Assembly: GCA_964561145.1 (NCBI GenBank)
Contig: CAZLNZ010000006.1
Span: 1 to 64,000 of the forward strand
Length of the DNA stretch: 64,000 nt
Reading direction: 5' to 3'
From: an uncultured Christensenellaceae bacterium
Lineage (GTDB): Bacteria > Bacillota > Clostridia > Christensenellales > CAG-1252
Each line of letters begins with the position of its first letter. Position 1 is the stretch's first letter. Below, in pieces: positions 26,813 to 37,387 of this stretch. The position numbers and the translations under genes are program-made. Below the pieces are notes generated by a model. That model made no database searches. It saw only the letters and a program-made list of their open reading frames with translations, and had not been told where the DNA came from.

Positions 26813-27409
26813 ATGGCTGCATTTTGGGAAGGCTTATCATTGTTCGGAAAAATACTGTTTTGTACCGCACTTGCCGGCACAACGGTTTTAGTGATTCAAA
26901 TCATAATGCTAATAATCGGCTTTGCAGCAGGATCACTCGGTGACGTAGACGGCTTTGACGGTGATATTGATGCCGACGGTGACGGAATACCTGACGGCGG
27001 AGAAGGAATAGGAATGTTTACCGTAAAAGGTATAGTTGCTTTTTTCTCAATCGGTGGTTGGGTAGGTTTGGCAATGGATATGGCAGACTGTCATCCTGCC
27101 GTTACAGCCGTTGTCGCCGTTGTTTCAGGTATAGTCGCACTAATCGGAGTCGGATTTTTGTATAAGGGCTTGTACAAGTTACAATCGAGCGGTAATGTCA
27201 ATATTAATAATGCTGTTGGGAAAACAGCAGAGGTTTATCTGACCATTCCTGCAAACGGAGAGAATACCGGAAAGGTCAGCGTTACCGTACAAGAAAGGTT
27301 GATTGAGGCTGAAGCTCGTACAATGGGCGATTCTATAGCGACAGGAACATTGGTAAAAGTGGTTGACGTTATCAATGATGTATTGATTGTCGAACCATTG
27401 AATAAGTGA
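26813..27409 (+). CDS. nfeD: NfeD-family membrane protein, the flotillin partner (YuaF-like), with a C-terminal OB-fold.
   Basis: N-terminal TM segments, an acidic GD-rich linker, and a C-terminal beta-barrel motif. It lies immediately upstream of the flotillin gene. Confidence 0.7.
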   Translation: MAAFWEGLSLFGKILFCTALAGTTVLVIQIIMLIIGFAAGSLGDVDGFDGDIDADGDGIPDGGEGIGMFTVKGIVAFFSIGGWVGLAMDMADCHPAVTAVVAVVSGIVALIGVGFLYKGLYKLQSSGNVNINNAVGKTAEVYLTIPANGENTGKVSVTVQERLIEAEARTMGDSIATGTLVKVVDVINDVLIVEPLNK

Positions 27410-27498
27410 AATTATAAAATACATAATCAACGCAGTATAAAACATAAACGTTTATTGCGTACTAATAATTGAACAAAAACATGGAGGTTTTTAATAAT

Positions 27499-28920
27499 AT
27501 GGCAACTTTAATGTCAATTTCAGGTGGAGCAATTGCCGGTATTGTAATTGCAATCGTACTGGTTTTAACATCGATTTTGTTGATGTTCTTAACCAGATAC
27601 AAGAAGTGTCCGTCGGATAAAATTATGGTTATTTACGGTAAAATCGGTAAGAATAGCGACGGAAGCTCTCGCTCTGCTAAATGTATTCACGGTGGTGCTG
27701 CATTTGTTATCCCCGTAATACAAGCTCACGCTTTTTTGGACTTAACTCCCATTTCCATTAGCGTTGACTTAAGAAACGCACTTTCAAAGCAGAACATAAG
27801 GGTAGACGTGCCCTCCAGATTTACAGTAGGTATTTCAACCGAGGGCGGCGTAATGCAAAACGCTGCCGAGAGATTGTTGGGATTAACTCTTAGTGAAATA
27901 CAAGAGCTTGCTAAGGATATTATCCTTGGTCAATTGCGTCTGGTTATCGCAACAATGGAAATCGAAGAAATCAATAACGACAGAGATAAATTCTTGGAGG
28001 CAGTATCCCGTAACGTTGAGACCGAGTTGAAAAAGATCGGTTTACGTTTGATCAACGTTAACGTAACCGATATTTCCGATGAATCGGGTTACATCAGTGC
28101 TTTAGGTAAGGAAGCAGCCGCTAAGGCAATCAACGCTGCTAAGATTTCTGTAGCTGAGGCTGATAAGGAAGGTTCGATCGGTGCTGCAAATGCTGTAAGA
28201 GAGCAAAGAATTATGGTAGCGGCTGCCGAAGCCGAGGCGATTAAGGGTGAAAATACCGCAAAAGCGGAAATCGCTGTTGCTCAAGCTGAGTTGAGAGAAA
28301 AGGAAGCCGAGGCAACCAAGGTCGCAACGGTTGCAGAAAAAACCAAGTCTGCCGAGGCGTTGGAGGAATCCTATTCTGCAGAAAAGGCAGCCGAATTGGC
28401 AAGAGCGCAACGCGAGCAAGCTACCTTGGAAGCGGACGTTATTGTTAAGAGTGATATCGAAAAGAGACGTAAGGAAATCGAAGCAGAAGCAGAGGCTGAG
28501 CAAATTCGTAGAAAGGCTCGTGGTGAAGCGGATGCAATCTATGCAAAGATGGAGGCACAGGCTCGTGGTATCAAGGCTATGCTCGATAACCAAGCTGCAG
28601 GTTATGCTGAAATCGTAAATGCTGCAGGCGGTAATCCCGATGCTGCTATGAGATTGATGATAACCGATAAGATTGAGAATATTGTTAGTACTCAAGTTGA
28701 AGCAATCAAGGGTGTTAAAATCGATAAAGTTACCGTATGGGACAGTGGTGCCAATCAAGATGGTAAAACTTCAACCGCAGGCTTTCTCTCCGGTTTACTA
28801 AAGAGTTTACCTCCTCTAAGTGATATTTTCGATATGGCTGGCTTAAAGCTCCCCGAAATTCTTGATGTCAACAAGACTGCGGAAAACAAAGTGGAGTCTA
28901 AGGAAGAGGAAACTGAATAG
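27499..28920 (+). CDS. floT: Flotillin-like SPFH/band-7 protein (FloT/YuaG-like) with a long E/A-rich coiled coil.
   Basis: N-terminal TM segment, SPFH domain, and the EA repeat region. GGAGG RBS; start placed at ATG 27499 rather than the TTG at 27469. Confidence 0.8.
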   Translation: MATLMSISGGAIAGIVIAIVLVLTSILLMFLTRYKKCPSDKIMVIYGKIGKNSDGSSRSAKCIHGGAAFVIPVIQAHAFLDLTPISISVDLRNALSKQNIRVDVPSRFTVGISTEGGVMQNAAERLLGLTLSEIQELAKDIILGQLRLVIATMEIEEINNDRDKFLEAVSRNVETELKKIGLRLINVNVTDISDESGYISALGKEAAAKAINAAKISVAEADKEGSIGAANAVREQRIMVAAAEAEAIKGENTAKAEIAVAQAELREKEAEATKVATVAEKTKSAEALEESYSAEKAAELARAQREQATLEADVIVKSDIEKRRKEIEAEAEAEQIRRKARGEADAIYAKMEAQARGIKAMLDNQAAGYAEIVNAAGGNPDAAMRLMITDKIENIVSTQVEAIKGVKIDKVTVWDSGANQDGKTSTAGFLSGLLKSLPPLSDIFDMAGLKLPEILDVNKTAENKVESKEEETE

Positions 28921-28946
28921 TTTTCTCATATTATGAATAAAAAACG

Positions 28947-28977
28947 AGAGCAGGGCATAGTCTTGCTCTTTTTTTTC
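28947..28977 (+). terminator. Rho-independent terminator after floT.
   Basis: agagca-gggcatagtct-tgctct followed by T8. Confidence 0.55.
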
Positions 28978-28984
28978 GATACAT

Positions 28985-29080
28985 TGCTTCGCAGTTATAT
29001 TCAGCTAACGCTGAGTTATATTCGACTACGTCGAGTTATATTGCTTCGCAGTTATATATTTGATCCGCAACTATATTTGC
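28985..29080. repeat. Five iteron-like direct repeats (C/T)G(C/A)AGTTATAT(T) at ~16-20-bp spacing with small hairpins interspersed. They are followed by two palindromes (TTTGACC-aga-GGTCAAA at 29103-29119 and TTCAG-cttga-CTGAA) and a long AT-rich tract (29180-29280).
   Basis: Read directly from the intergenic region between floT and the protease gene. Confidence 0.6.
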
Positions 29081-29407
29081 CTTGTGCAAATATAATATCA
29101 CTTTGACCAGAGGTCAAAATAACACTTTCAGCTTGACTGAAAATAACGCTGTTTCCAACGCAAACAATACAACTCATACATTTTTTAATGTAAGTCGAAC
29201 AAGTATAAAGAGTGTAACTTTTTACAATAAGTGTAAAAAAATTATTTTTTTAATTATTTTTTAAAGGGGTGCCATTATAATAAACTCATAATAGATAAAA
29301 GTTGGGTTCTGGTTTGGTTTAAATAACATTTGACAATGCTGTTAAAATCGAACAAAATGTATTATAATAGATAATAGGAAGTGAAAACACTTTTTGTCGG
29401 AGGATGT

Positions 29408-30877
29408 ATGAAAAAAATAAATTCGATAATATGTATTGTGCTTTTAGTAATATTGTCGGTTAGCCTATGTGCATGCGATACCGGTGAAATCGGGCTTAGT
29501 GCCTATGATATTGCGGTAAAGAATGGGTTCGTTGGAAGCGAGTCGGAGTGGCTGGCATCACTTCAAGGTAGCGATACCGGTAAATCCGCATACGAGATTG
29601 CCGTTAAGAACGGTTATGACGGCAGTGAGACCGAGTGGCTTGAATCTTTGAAGGGCAAGGACGGCTTGGATGGCGAGAACGGTAAGGACGCACCGGAGAT
29701 AACCATTACGGATATATACAATGCTATGGTGGAAAACGGTTACGAGGGTAGCTTTGTCGATTTCGTTTCAGAGTATATTGATAGTACCGTTCTTAATAAT
29801 ACTGCGGAAGCGTACGTTTCCAGAGCAGTTTTAAGTGCAGTAAGCATTTTTTCCGAGTTTAAACGTGACGTAATTACCGGCGGATGGGGTTGGAGCTATT
29901 CAAAAACCGAAGAAACCTATTACTCCGCAGGCTCGGGCGTTATTTATAAGCTTGACAAGGATGACGGTAGTGCGTATATCATTACAAATTATCACGTAGT
30001 GTACGATTCGGAAAGTAAGACAAAGAGCGGTGTCAGCGATAATATTCTCGTATACTTATACGGAAAGGAAATCGAATCGGGAGCAATGAAAGCAACCTAT
30101 GTCGGCGGTTCTCTAAATTATGACATTGCGGTACTAAGAATAGATAACAATGATATTTTGAAAAACAGTGATGCAGAAGCAGTTACTGTAGCCGACAGTA
30201 ATCATGTTGTAATCGGACAAACGGCTATAGCGATAGGAAACGCTGAAGGAGATGGCATCTCTGTAACTTCCGGTATCGTTAGCGTTGATAGTGAGAATTT
30301 ATCAATGACCGGTGCTGATGACGTGACACAAGTTACTTTTAGAGTAATGAGGGTAGACACTGCAGTAAATAGCGGTAACTCCGGAGGCGGATTATTCGAT
30401 GAGTACGGACAACTTATCGGAATAGTAAATGCAAAGATAATATCAAGTGATGTAGAGAATATCGGTTATGCAATTCCATCAAATGTTGCTATAAACGTAG
30501 CACAGAATATAATAGATAATTGTGACGGTGCAACCAATACTTGCGTAAAGAAGTGCTTGTTAGGAATTACTGTATCGATAATCGATAAGCGAGCGGAATA
30601 CGATAAAGAGGATCAACTGACCCATATCTACGACACCGTTCAGGTTCAAGAGGTTACAGCGGGATCGCTTGCTTCAGATTTGTTGAAATCAGGTGATATT
30701 TTAAAGAGCATTAGCATAAACGGTGTTAAGCATGATATCAATAGACAGTTTATAGTGGTCGATTTGATGTTAACGGCAAGAGAAGGTGATACCCTAACTC
30801 TGGTATTTGAAAGAGACGGTGTCGAGCTCAGCGGTAACTTAAAGATAACGTACTCATGCATAAGTGATGTACGCTAA
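29408..30877 (+). CDS. Trypsin-like serine protease (S1C/HtrA-like) lipoprotein. A tandem 24-aa repeat (SAY(D/E)IAVKNG..SE(S/T)EWL(A/E)SL(Q/K)G) follows the lipobox.
   Basis: Signal peptide with lipobox SLCAC. Catalytic-region motifs TNYHVV, D-I-A-V-L and GNSGGGLFD. Confidence 0.75.
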   Translation: MKKINSIICIVLLVILSVSLCACDTGEIGLSAYDIAVKNGFVGSESEWLASLQGSDTGKSAYEIAVKNGYDGSETEWLESLKGKDGLDGENGKDAPEITITDIYNAMVENGYEGSFVDFVSEYIDSTVLNNTAEAYVSRAVLSAVSIFSEFKRDVITGGWGWSYSKTEETYYSAGSGVIYKLDKDDGSAYIITNYHVVYDSESKTKSGVSDNILVYLYGKEIESGAMKATYVGGSLNYDIAVLRIDNNDILKNSDAEAVTVADSNHVVIGQTAIAIGNAEGDGISVTSGIVSVDSENLSMTGADDVTQVTFRVMRVDTAVNSGNSGGGLFDEYGQLIGIVNAKIISSDVENIGYAIPSNVAINVAQNIIDNCDGATNTCVKKCLLGITVSIIDKRAEYDKEDQLTHIYDTVQVQEVTAGSLASDLLKSGDILKSISINGVKHDINRQFIVVDLMLTAREGDTLTLVFERDGVELSGNLKITYSCISDVR

Positions 30878-30974
30878 AAGATACCCCCGTTTGTGTTTTT
30901 TTGGGAAAAACGATAGGCGTGTACTTTAAATCGATATGCGTTTATGGTCGAAATAAGAAAAAAAGAATGTCGGT

Positions 30975-31008
30975 TGAAGAAGTCTGAAAAATCAGGCTTC
31001 TTCTTTTT
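30975..31008 (+). terminator. Rho-independent terminator (12-bp stem with one G-U pair, followed by a T-run).
   Basis: gaagaagtctga-aaaa-tcaggcttcttc tttttg. Confidence 0.6.
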
Positions 31009-31251
31009 GCTCAATGTCAAATGTCGGGGCGGAGATATTTTACACTTGATCACACAGTTTAATCTTTTTAGCTAATAATACAAGCCGAAGATTTTATCGT
31101 TCGGACGAAATACTTTTTCAGTTAGGGATGCATATTGTGAATAATAATACACGAGCACCTCTTTTTTGCATAAAAAATGAATAAAAACCGATTCGTTTCG
31201 GAAAATAGCTCTAATTTTACTGTAAATTTTTACGCAAGCCCTTTTTGTTAG

Positions 31252-31281
31252 TTGACACGACTTTTAAGTATTATATATAAT
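31252..31281 (+). promoter_or_regulatory. Promoter TTGACA-N18-TATAAT for the lipoprotein gene at 31352.
   Basis: -35 at 31252-31257 and -10 at 31276-31281. Confidence 0.5.
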
Positions 31282-31351
31282 GTATTTTAGATATTTTTAT
31301 TTACGTATTATTTGTTCGTAGCTCAAACATATTCGAGCTATAGAGGAGCTT

Positions 31352-32527
31352 ATGAGAAAAAGTATTATTATTCTTTTTGTCCTAGCACTGCTTCTAACCC
31401 TTTCCGTTTTCTTTGTTGCTTGTAACGAGGATGTATCGGTCGAAGACCAAACCAAGGTTGTTTTTGAAATGGAAGGCGGGAGCTATAAGAATTGCGAAGG
31501 AAGCATTGTTTATTATTACCCTCTCAAGGAAGGAGAGGAACATCTTATTGTTGCTCCTAAAACCTTGACTGCAGGAAAGGATGATGTTACTAGAGAAGGC
31601 TTTGTGTTAAAGGGCTGGTTTAAGACGAAAGAAGAGGTTGACGGCAACGTTATTTATTCCGATGAATGGGATTTCGATAAGGATAAAATTGTTGCAGGTG
31701 AAGGGGTAACCTTGTATGCAAAATGGAAAAGCGTTGTTAGCTATACCTACAAGCTGTGTTATCGTGACGGAGATCAGGATATAGATTTGTGGTCGTATGA
31801 GGTAGAGGAGGGCGAGAGTTTCTCCGATTATTTAGATCATCGTAACGACAGAAGCGGCTATACATTTTTAAAATTTGTCGATCAAAACGGAACCGATTGG
31901 GACGAATCCTTTAAGCATCCAGGTGGAGATGAGGATGTGGAGATTAAGGTTTACGCAAGCTACATCGATGGTGAGTACGAGTTGGTTAAAACAGCTAAAG
32001 AGCTTAAGTCTGCCGCCACAAAGGGAAGAAATATCTATCTGTTGAATGATATTGATCTTGACGGTGCTTCTTTGAGTTTTAAGAAAGGATACAGTGGTAT
32101 ATTTGCAGGAAACGGATTTACCGTAAGTAACTTTGAACTAAGCTATAGTGACGGAAAATATGACCTAATAGAAGACTATGAAGATGATAGCAAGAATTCT
32201 CTTATGATTAGCCTATTTGGTGAAACTGAGAATGCAGTTATTTCTGATGTTAGCTTTGTCGATGTAAAACTTAACATTAGCACAACTAATAGCTTGATAT
32301 ACAAGATTTATGTTGCTCCTATTTCCGTAAAGGGAGGTGTATCATTGAATAATGTCAGCTTTGACGGTACTTACTCTATTAGCAAACTTCCCAAAGGATT
32401 TATTCAAGATGACGTGATAGATAGCGATAAGATAATTATTGCCGAAAATACCCCCTGGATTATAAAGGGTGATTCAAAATGTGAAAACGGCTCGTTCTCC
32501 TTTGTTTTGGAGAATGAGGAAGAATAA
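31352..32527 (+). CDS. Hypothetical lipoprotein (391 aa).
   Basis: Signal peptide plus lipobox FVAC. No recognised domain. Confidence 0.6.
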   Translation: MRKSIIILFVLALLLTLSVFFVACNEDVSVEDQTKVVFEMEGGSYKNCEGSIVYYYPLKEGEEHLIVAPKTLTAGKDDVTREGFVLKGWFKTKEEVDGNVIYSDEWDFDKDKIVAGEGVTLYAKWKSVVSYTYKLCYRDGDQDIDLWSYEVEEGESFSDYLDHRNDRSGYTFLKFVDQNGTDWDESFKHPGGDEDVEIKVYASYIDGEYELVKTAKELKSAATKGRNIYLLNDIDLDGASLSFKKGYSGIFAGNGFTVSNFELSYSDGKYDLIEDYEDDSKNSLMISLFGETENAVISDVSFVDVKLNISTTNSLIYKIYVAPISVKGGVSLNNVSFDGTYSISKLPKGFIQDDVIDSDKIIIAENTPWIIKGDSKCENGSFSFVLENEEE

Positions 32528-32560
32528 TTGATTTAAACAGAATTGTAAAGGAGATATAGT

Positions 32561-35173
32561 ATGAAAGGAAAAAGATTACACGTTGTTTTAGTAGCAATAG
32601 TAGCATTGGTAATCTTTGCTTCGGTTATTGTTTTAACCGCATGTAAGGATGTTAATACCGATAAAACCTATTTTGATAACGAAAACGATCCGTTGGTATT
32701 TTCAACTCAAGAGGTTGATAAGGTATTTAACCCATTCTTCTCAACTTCTGCTACCGATAGCAATGTGGTCGGAATGACCCAGATATCGATGCTTTCGAAT
32801 GATAAAGAGGGTGTTGTGGCATACGGTGATGACGAAGCTGTTGTTGTTAAAGATTTAGAAAAGGTGACCGAAGGAGAGGGCGAAGAACAAACCACGACCT
32901 ACAAATTTGTATTGAAAAACAATATCAAATTCTCTAACAATTCCCCTTTGACAATTAAGGACGTATTATTCAACCTATATGTCTATCTTGATCCCGCTTA
33001 TACCGGAAGCAGTACTATTTATTCAACAGATATCGTTGGATTGAAAGAGTACCGCACCCAAGAGTCCTCCGATGATGAGCAAGATAACTTTAAAAATCAA
33101 TTCAAAATCGAGGCAGAAGCACAGATAGATGCTCTTGTTTCTGCTTGTTCCGAGATACTCGATGAGGATAGCACAATAAGTGAAGAGGGTTTCCTTGAGG
33201 CACTTCAAGAGTATGTTTCCTTGAGCGATGTATATAAGGATGTCGTTGTAAACTATAATAAGGCAATCGAACTCTTTAAGGAGGAATTGAACAGCGATTA
33301 TTCTAATAGCATCGACTCTTATGAGGATATGACCTTTAAGGATAAAGAGGGCAATATTTATAAGAACCTACTAACTACCGATGTCGAAGTTTTCTTGTAC
33401 AACGAAGGCTATATTACTTGGAATAAAAAGGATGCTAAAATCGAATCGTCATTAACCACTCCCGGACAAGAGGCTTCCTTGAAAAACTGGACAAAGGAGC
33501 AAGCAATCGATATCGTGCTTAAGGATATGATTCCCGGCAAAATGGACCAAGTCATTTCATATTGGATGACAGGAACTTCTTTGAGCGAGTATCTTGAAAA
33601 CAAGGCAATGGAGGAGTACTTTAAGAACGCAGATAGAGCTTATCCGAACATTTCCGGTATTAAGTTTGCAAACAGAACCGAAGCTGTTACCGTAAACGAT
33701 GTTGTTTATGATGTTCCCACCTATGCAGAGGACGGCAGTGTTTCCCAAGGCAATGAGGTTTTGACAATTCAAATTCACAAGGTTGACCCTAAAGCAATTT
33801 GGAACTTTGCTTTTGCAGTAGCTCCTATGTATTACTATTCCGATGAAGCACATATCGCCGCCTTCGATTATGAAAGCAATTTCGGCGTAGAATATGCTTC
33901 TCAGAGCTTCATGAACAATGTTGTTAAAAATTCCGATAAGATAGGTGTCCCCGTTGGTGCAGGTCCCTATGCTGCCTCAAAGAGTTCCGGTGGAATAACC
34001 AATGTTGCGGCAGGTGACTTCTATGATAAGGGTGTTATTTATTTCGAGCGTAATCCTTATTATGTAATGGGTGCTGCAAAGATTAAAAAGGTACGTTTCC
34101 AAGTAGTATCTTCTACATCTATACTTAACTCTTTATATGTCGGCGAAATCGATTATGCAGAGCCTAATGCTAAACCTGAGACCATTGCCGAACTCAACGG
34201 AAAGCGTGATCAAGGAATCGGAAATAAGAGCATACGTACCTCCGGTTACGGATATATCGGAATCAATGCAGGTAAGGTTCCCAGTCTTGCTGTCAGAAAG
34301 GTTATTATGTACTGTATCAACACCCAAGAGTGTGTTGATTACTATAAGACAACCGCAAAGGCTATTTATCGTTCAATGAGTATGTCCAACTGGGCATATC
34401 CCGAGGGCTGTACCTCTTACTATCCTTATATCGCAGGAAAGATACCTACAAATCTTAATGTCGTTGATCCCGAATATAAGGCGTATGTAAATAAGCTCGG
34501 CAAGAAAGCAGGTGATTATTTGACAGAGGCTGAGCAAAAAGCGTTCCTTGTAGGAATGATTGAAGACGCAGGTTATACCCTTAATGCAAACGATATTTAT
34601 CAAAAGGGTAACAGCAAATTGGAGTACACCTTTACTATTGCGGGCGAGGAAACAGACCACCCTGCATACAATGCAATGGTTCATGCAGGCGAACTCCTCA
34701 ATAAGATTGGCTTTAACATTACAGTTAGCACCGATGCACAAGCATTAAAGAAGCTTTCAACGGGTAGCTTAACCGTATGGGCTGCGGCTTGGGGTTCAAC
34801 TATCGATCCCGATATGTATCAAGTATATCATAAGGATTCCAATGCGACCTCGGTACTTAACTGGGGATATAAGCAGATCTTAAGAGATGAAAATACATAT
34901 TCCGAAGAGATTGAGATTATCAATGAATTGTCCGAATTGATTGAAAAGGCACGTGAAACGGATGATCAAAAAACGAGAAAGAATTTGTATTCAAAGGCAC
35001 TGGATCTTGTAATGCAGCTTGCCGTGGAACTTCCCACCTATCAAAGAGATGACTTGTTTGCGTTCAATACAAACAAGATAGACGTATCTACCCTTACCCC
35101 GGACAGCGAAACCTCTCCTTATAAGGGCTTAACCAGCGATATGCACTTAATCTCTTTGAACGAAGAAAAATAA
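32561..35173 (+). CDS. oppA: Family-5 (Opp/Dpp-type) ABC transporter substrate-binding lipoprotein. At 870 aa it is unusually large.
   Basis: Lipobox LTAC and SBP_bac_5-like core (GVPVGAGPY, FERNPYY). RBS AAAGGAG. Confidence 0.7.
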   Translation: MKGKRLHVVLVAIVALVIFASVIVLTACKDVNTDKTYFDNENDPLVFSTQEVDKVFNPFFSTSATDSNVVGMTQISMLSNDKEGVVAYGDDEAVVVKDLEKVTEGEGEEQTTTYKFVLKNNIKFSNNSPLTIKDVLFNLYVYLDPAYTGSSTIYSTDIVGLKEYRTQESSDDEQDNFKNQFKIEAEAQIDALVSACSEILDEDSTISEEGFLEALQEYVSLSDVYKDVVVNYNKAIELFKEELNSDYSNSIDSYEDMTFKDKEGNIYKNLLTTDVEVFLYNEGYITWNKKDAKIESSLTTPGQEASLKNWTKEQAIDIVLKDMIPGKMDQVISYWMTGTSLSEYLENKAMEEYFKNADRAYPNISGIKFANRTEAVTVNDVVYDVPTYAEDGSVSQGNEVLTIQIHKVDPKAIWNFAFAVAPMYYYSDEAHIAAFDYESNFGVEYASQSFMNNVVKNSDKIGVPVGAGPYAASKSSGGITNVAAGDFYDKGVIYFERNPYYVMGAAKIKKVRFQVVSSTSILNSLYVGEIDYAEPNAKPETIAELNGKRDQGIGNKSIRTSGYGYIGINAGKVPSLAVRKVIMYCINTQECVDYYKTTAKAIYRSMSMSNWAYPEGCTSYYPYIAGKIPTNLNVVDPEYKAYVNKLGKKAGDYLTEAEQKAFLVGMIEDAGYTLNANDIYQKGNSKLEYTFTIAGEETDHPAYNAMVHAGELLNKIGFNITVSTDAQALKKLSTGSLTVWAAAWGSTIDPDMYQVYHKDSNATSVLNWGYKQILRDENTYSEEIEIINELSELIEKARETDDQKTRKNLYSKALDLVMQLAVELPTYQRDDLFAFNTNKIDVSTLTPDSETSPYKGLTSDMHLISLNEEK

Positions 35174-35246
35174 AGCTTTCAATTTTAATCTACAGATAAT
35201 TTACGCCCTTTCTCTGTTTTGAGAAGGGGCGAAAGGGTTTACAGCA

Positions 35247-36254
35247 ATGTTTAAATATATAGTTAAAAGAATACTGATATCCGTTATAGTATTGATAGGT
35301 GTATCTCTTATAATTTACACAATGGTAAGACTTATGCCTACAGACTATGTGGATACCAAATATGCAAGTCAGCTTCAAAACGGTTCCATGTCACAAGAGG
35401 ATGTTGATCATTTCAAGGAGCTATACGGAATAGGAGATAATTCCTTTAAAGGAATTGTCGGGGGCTACTTTAAGTGGTTCGGCAATATGTGCAAGGGTGA
35501 TCTAGGTTTGTCTTTTAAGTATGAGAAGCCGGTTGGTCAGGTTATAACGGAGAATATGTGGATATCCTTTGCGATAGCTTTTATTGCCACCATTCTTCAA
35601 TTTTTAATTGCGATTCCTTTGGGTATATCCTCTGCAACCCACCAATATTCGGCAAGAGATTATACTGTTACCGTATTTACAATGATCGGATTATCCCTTC
35701 CTACATATTTCTTTGCGGCAATAGTAATAAAGATATTTGCAGTCGATTTGGGAATACTTCCGTCAAACGGCTTAATTTCATCTACTGCGAACTATACGAA
35801 GGATTTCTTGGGTACTCTAACAAAGCTCGGAGATATGGCGGAGCACTTGGTTTTACCCATCTTCGTAAGTGTTATTTTGTCAATTGGCGGCTTGATGCGT
35901 TATACGAGAACTAATACCTTAGAGGTATTAAGTGCAGATTACATACGAACCGCAAGAGCAAAGGGTTTGTCTGAAAAAACAGTAATCTACAAGCATGCCT
36001 TTAGAAACACCTTGATTCCCTTGGCAACCCTTTTAGCGGGAACCCTACCTTCACTTTTCGGAGGAATGATGATAACTGAGGAGGTTTTTGCGATAGACGG
36101 TATAGGAAGACTTGCATATAAGGCACTAATGGAGGGAGATATTCCCTTTGTTATGGGTTATAATATGTTCCTTGCAATACTGACGGTAATAGGAACTTTG
36201 CTTTCGGATATAATGTATTCCATTGTAGATCCGAGGGTTAAGATAACGAAGTAG
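35247..36254 (+). CDS. oppB: Oligopeptide ABC transporter permease (OppB/DppB type).
   Basis: Classic N-terminus MFKYIVKRILISVIVLIGVSLIIY and an EAA-like motif region. Confidence 0.85.
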   Translation: MFKYIVKRILISVIVLIGVSLIIYTMVRLMPTDYVDTKYASQLQNGSMSQEDVDHFKELYGIGDNSFKGIVGGYFKWFGNMCKGDLGLSFKYEKPVGQVITENMWISFAIAFIATILQFLIAIPLGISSATHQYSARDYTVTVFTMIGLSLPTYFFAAIVIKIFAVDLGILPSNGLISSTANYTKDFLGTLTKLGDMAEHLVLPIFVSVILSIGGLMRYTRTNTLEVLSADYIRTARAKGLSEKTVIYKHAFRNTLIPLATLLAGTLPSLFGGMMITEEVFAIDGIGRLAYKALMEGDIPFVMGYNMFLAILTVIGTLLSDIMYSIVDPRVKITK

Positions 36255-36261
36255 GTGGATT

Positions 36262-37380
36262 ATGGAAGATAACAATAAAAATGTACAAATAAATGAGAAC
36301 ATCCTTCCCGACGAAGAAACCATTATCGAAAACAGCGTTTTAAAGGAAGAGGAACTTTCCACGCAAGTACCGATTGCAGGGCAAGAAGATGAAGAGGAAA
36401 AGGAAACATATCAGCAAATGAGTCCTGTAAGACTTGTTGCAAGAAGATTCTTTCGTTCAAAGCTTTCCATTGTAGGTATATGTATGGTAGTTTTTTTGTT
36501 CGCTTTTGCAATTTTAGGTCCTGTCATTTATACTCGATGGACAGAGGAGGAGGTTGACAGAACCACCGTTACCTCTGTAGTAAAGAACGTATACGAGTAT
36601 GAATTCGACGGGAAAACAATAACCATCAATGAAGAGGTTGTTCATCAGTCTGATATTAACGCTTATGCCGATCCTTCTTTGGATCACCTCTTAGGAACGG
36701 ACAACTTCGGACGAGATGTTTTCGTTCGCTTAATGTATGGTGGCAGAATTTCCTTGATGATAGGTTTCATTGTAGTAATTCTGGAAACCGTCATAGGCAT
36801 TATCCTAGGCGGACTGGCGGGATATTTTGGAAAATGGGTTGATCAGCTTATAATGCGTATAGTTGATATTTTTAACTGTATTCCTACATTGCCGATTTTA
36901 TTAATAGCATCCGCATTGATCGATTCTTGGAACATTACTGCAGATCAACGTATTTATCTATTAATGGCGATAATCACTCTCTTTAGTTGGAGCGGAGTTG
37001 CAAGAATGGTACGTGGTCAGATTTTGATGTTAAGAGAACAGGATTATATAACCGCAACCGAGGTAATGGGAATTCCTACTTGGAGAAAGATTTTTATGCA
37101 TCTTATTCCAAATGTAATGCCCCAATTGATAGTTAGCATGACCTTAGGTTTGGGTAGCGTAATACTCTACGAGTCTACCTTGAGTTATTTAGGTTTAGGC
37201 GTACAACTTCCCAAGGCGGCTTGGGGTACAATGATAGCAACCGCCAAGGATCCGCAGGTCTTGACCTACCATTTAAATATGTGGCTACCGGCAGGTATAT
37301 TGATTGTAATTGCGGTTTTGGGATTTAACTTCATAGGTGACGGACTGCGTGATGCTATGGACCCCAAGGCAAAGAAATAG
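36262..37380 (+). CDS. oppC: Oligopeptide ABC transporter permease (OppC/DppC type) with an acidic N-terminal extension.
   Basis: Six TM segments, permease signature, and conserved C-terminus DGLRDAMDPK. Confidence 0.85.
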   Translation: MEDNNKNVQINENILPDEETIIENSVLKEEELSTQVPIAGQEDEEEKETYQQMSPVRLVARRFFRSKLSIVGICMVVFLFAFAILGPVIYTRWTEEEVDRTTVTSVVKNVYEYEFDGKTITINEEVVHQSDINAYADPSLDHLLGTDNFGRDVFVRLMYGGRISLMIGFIVVILETVIGIILGGLAGYFGKWVDQLIMRIVDIFNCIPTLPILLIASALIDSWNITADQRIYLLMAIITLFSWSGVARMVRGQILMLREQDYITATEVMGIPTWRKIFMHLIPNVMPQLIVSMTLGLGSVILYESTLSYLGLGVQLPKAAWGTMIATAKDPQVLTYHLNMWLPAGILIVIAVLGFNFIGDGLRDAMDPKAKK

Positions 37381-37387
37381 GTGGCTT

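Noticed and set aside
28102-28758. 218-aa minus-strand ORF.
   Set aside because: It lies antisense to, and entirely inside, the flotillin coiled-coil region. It is an artefact of the GCN-rich E/A repeat coding.
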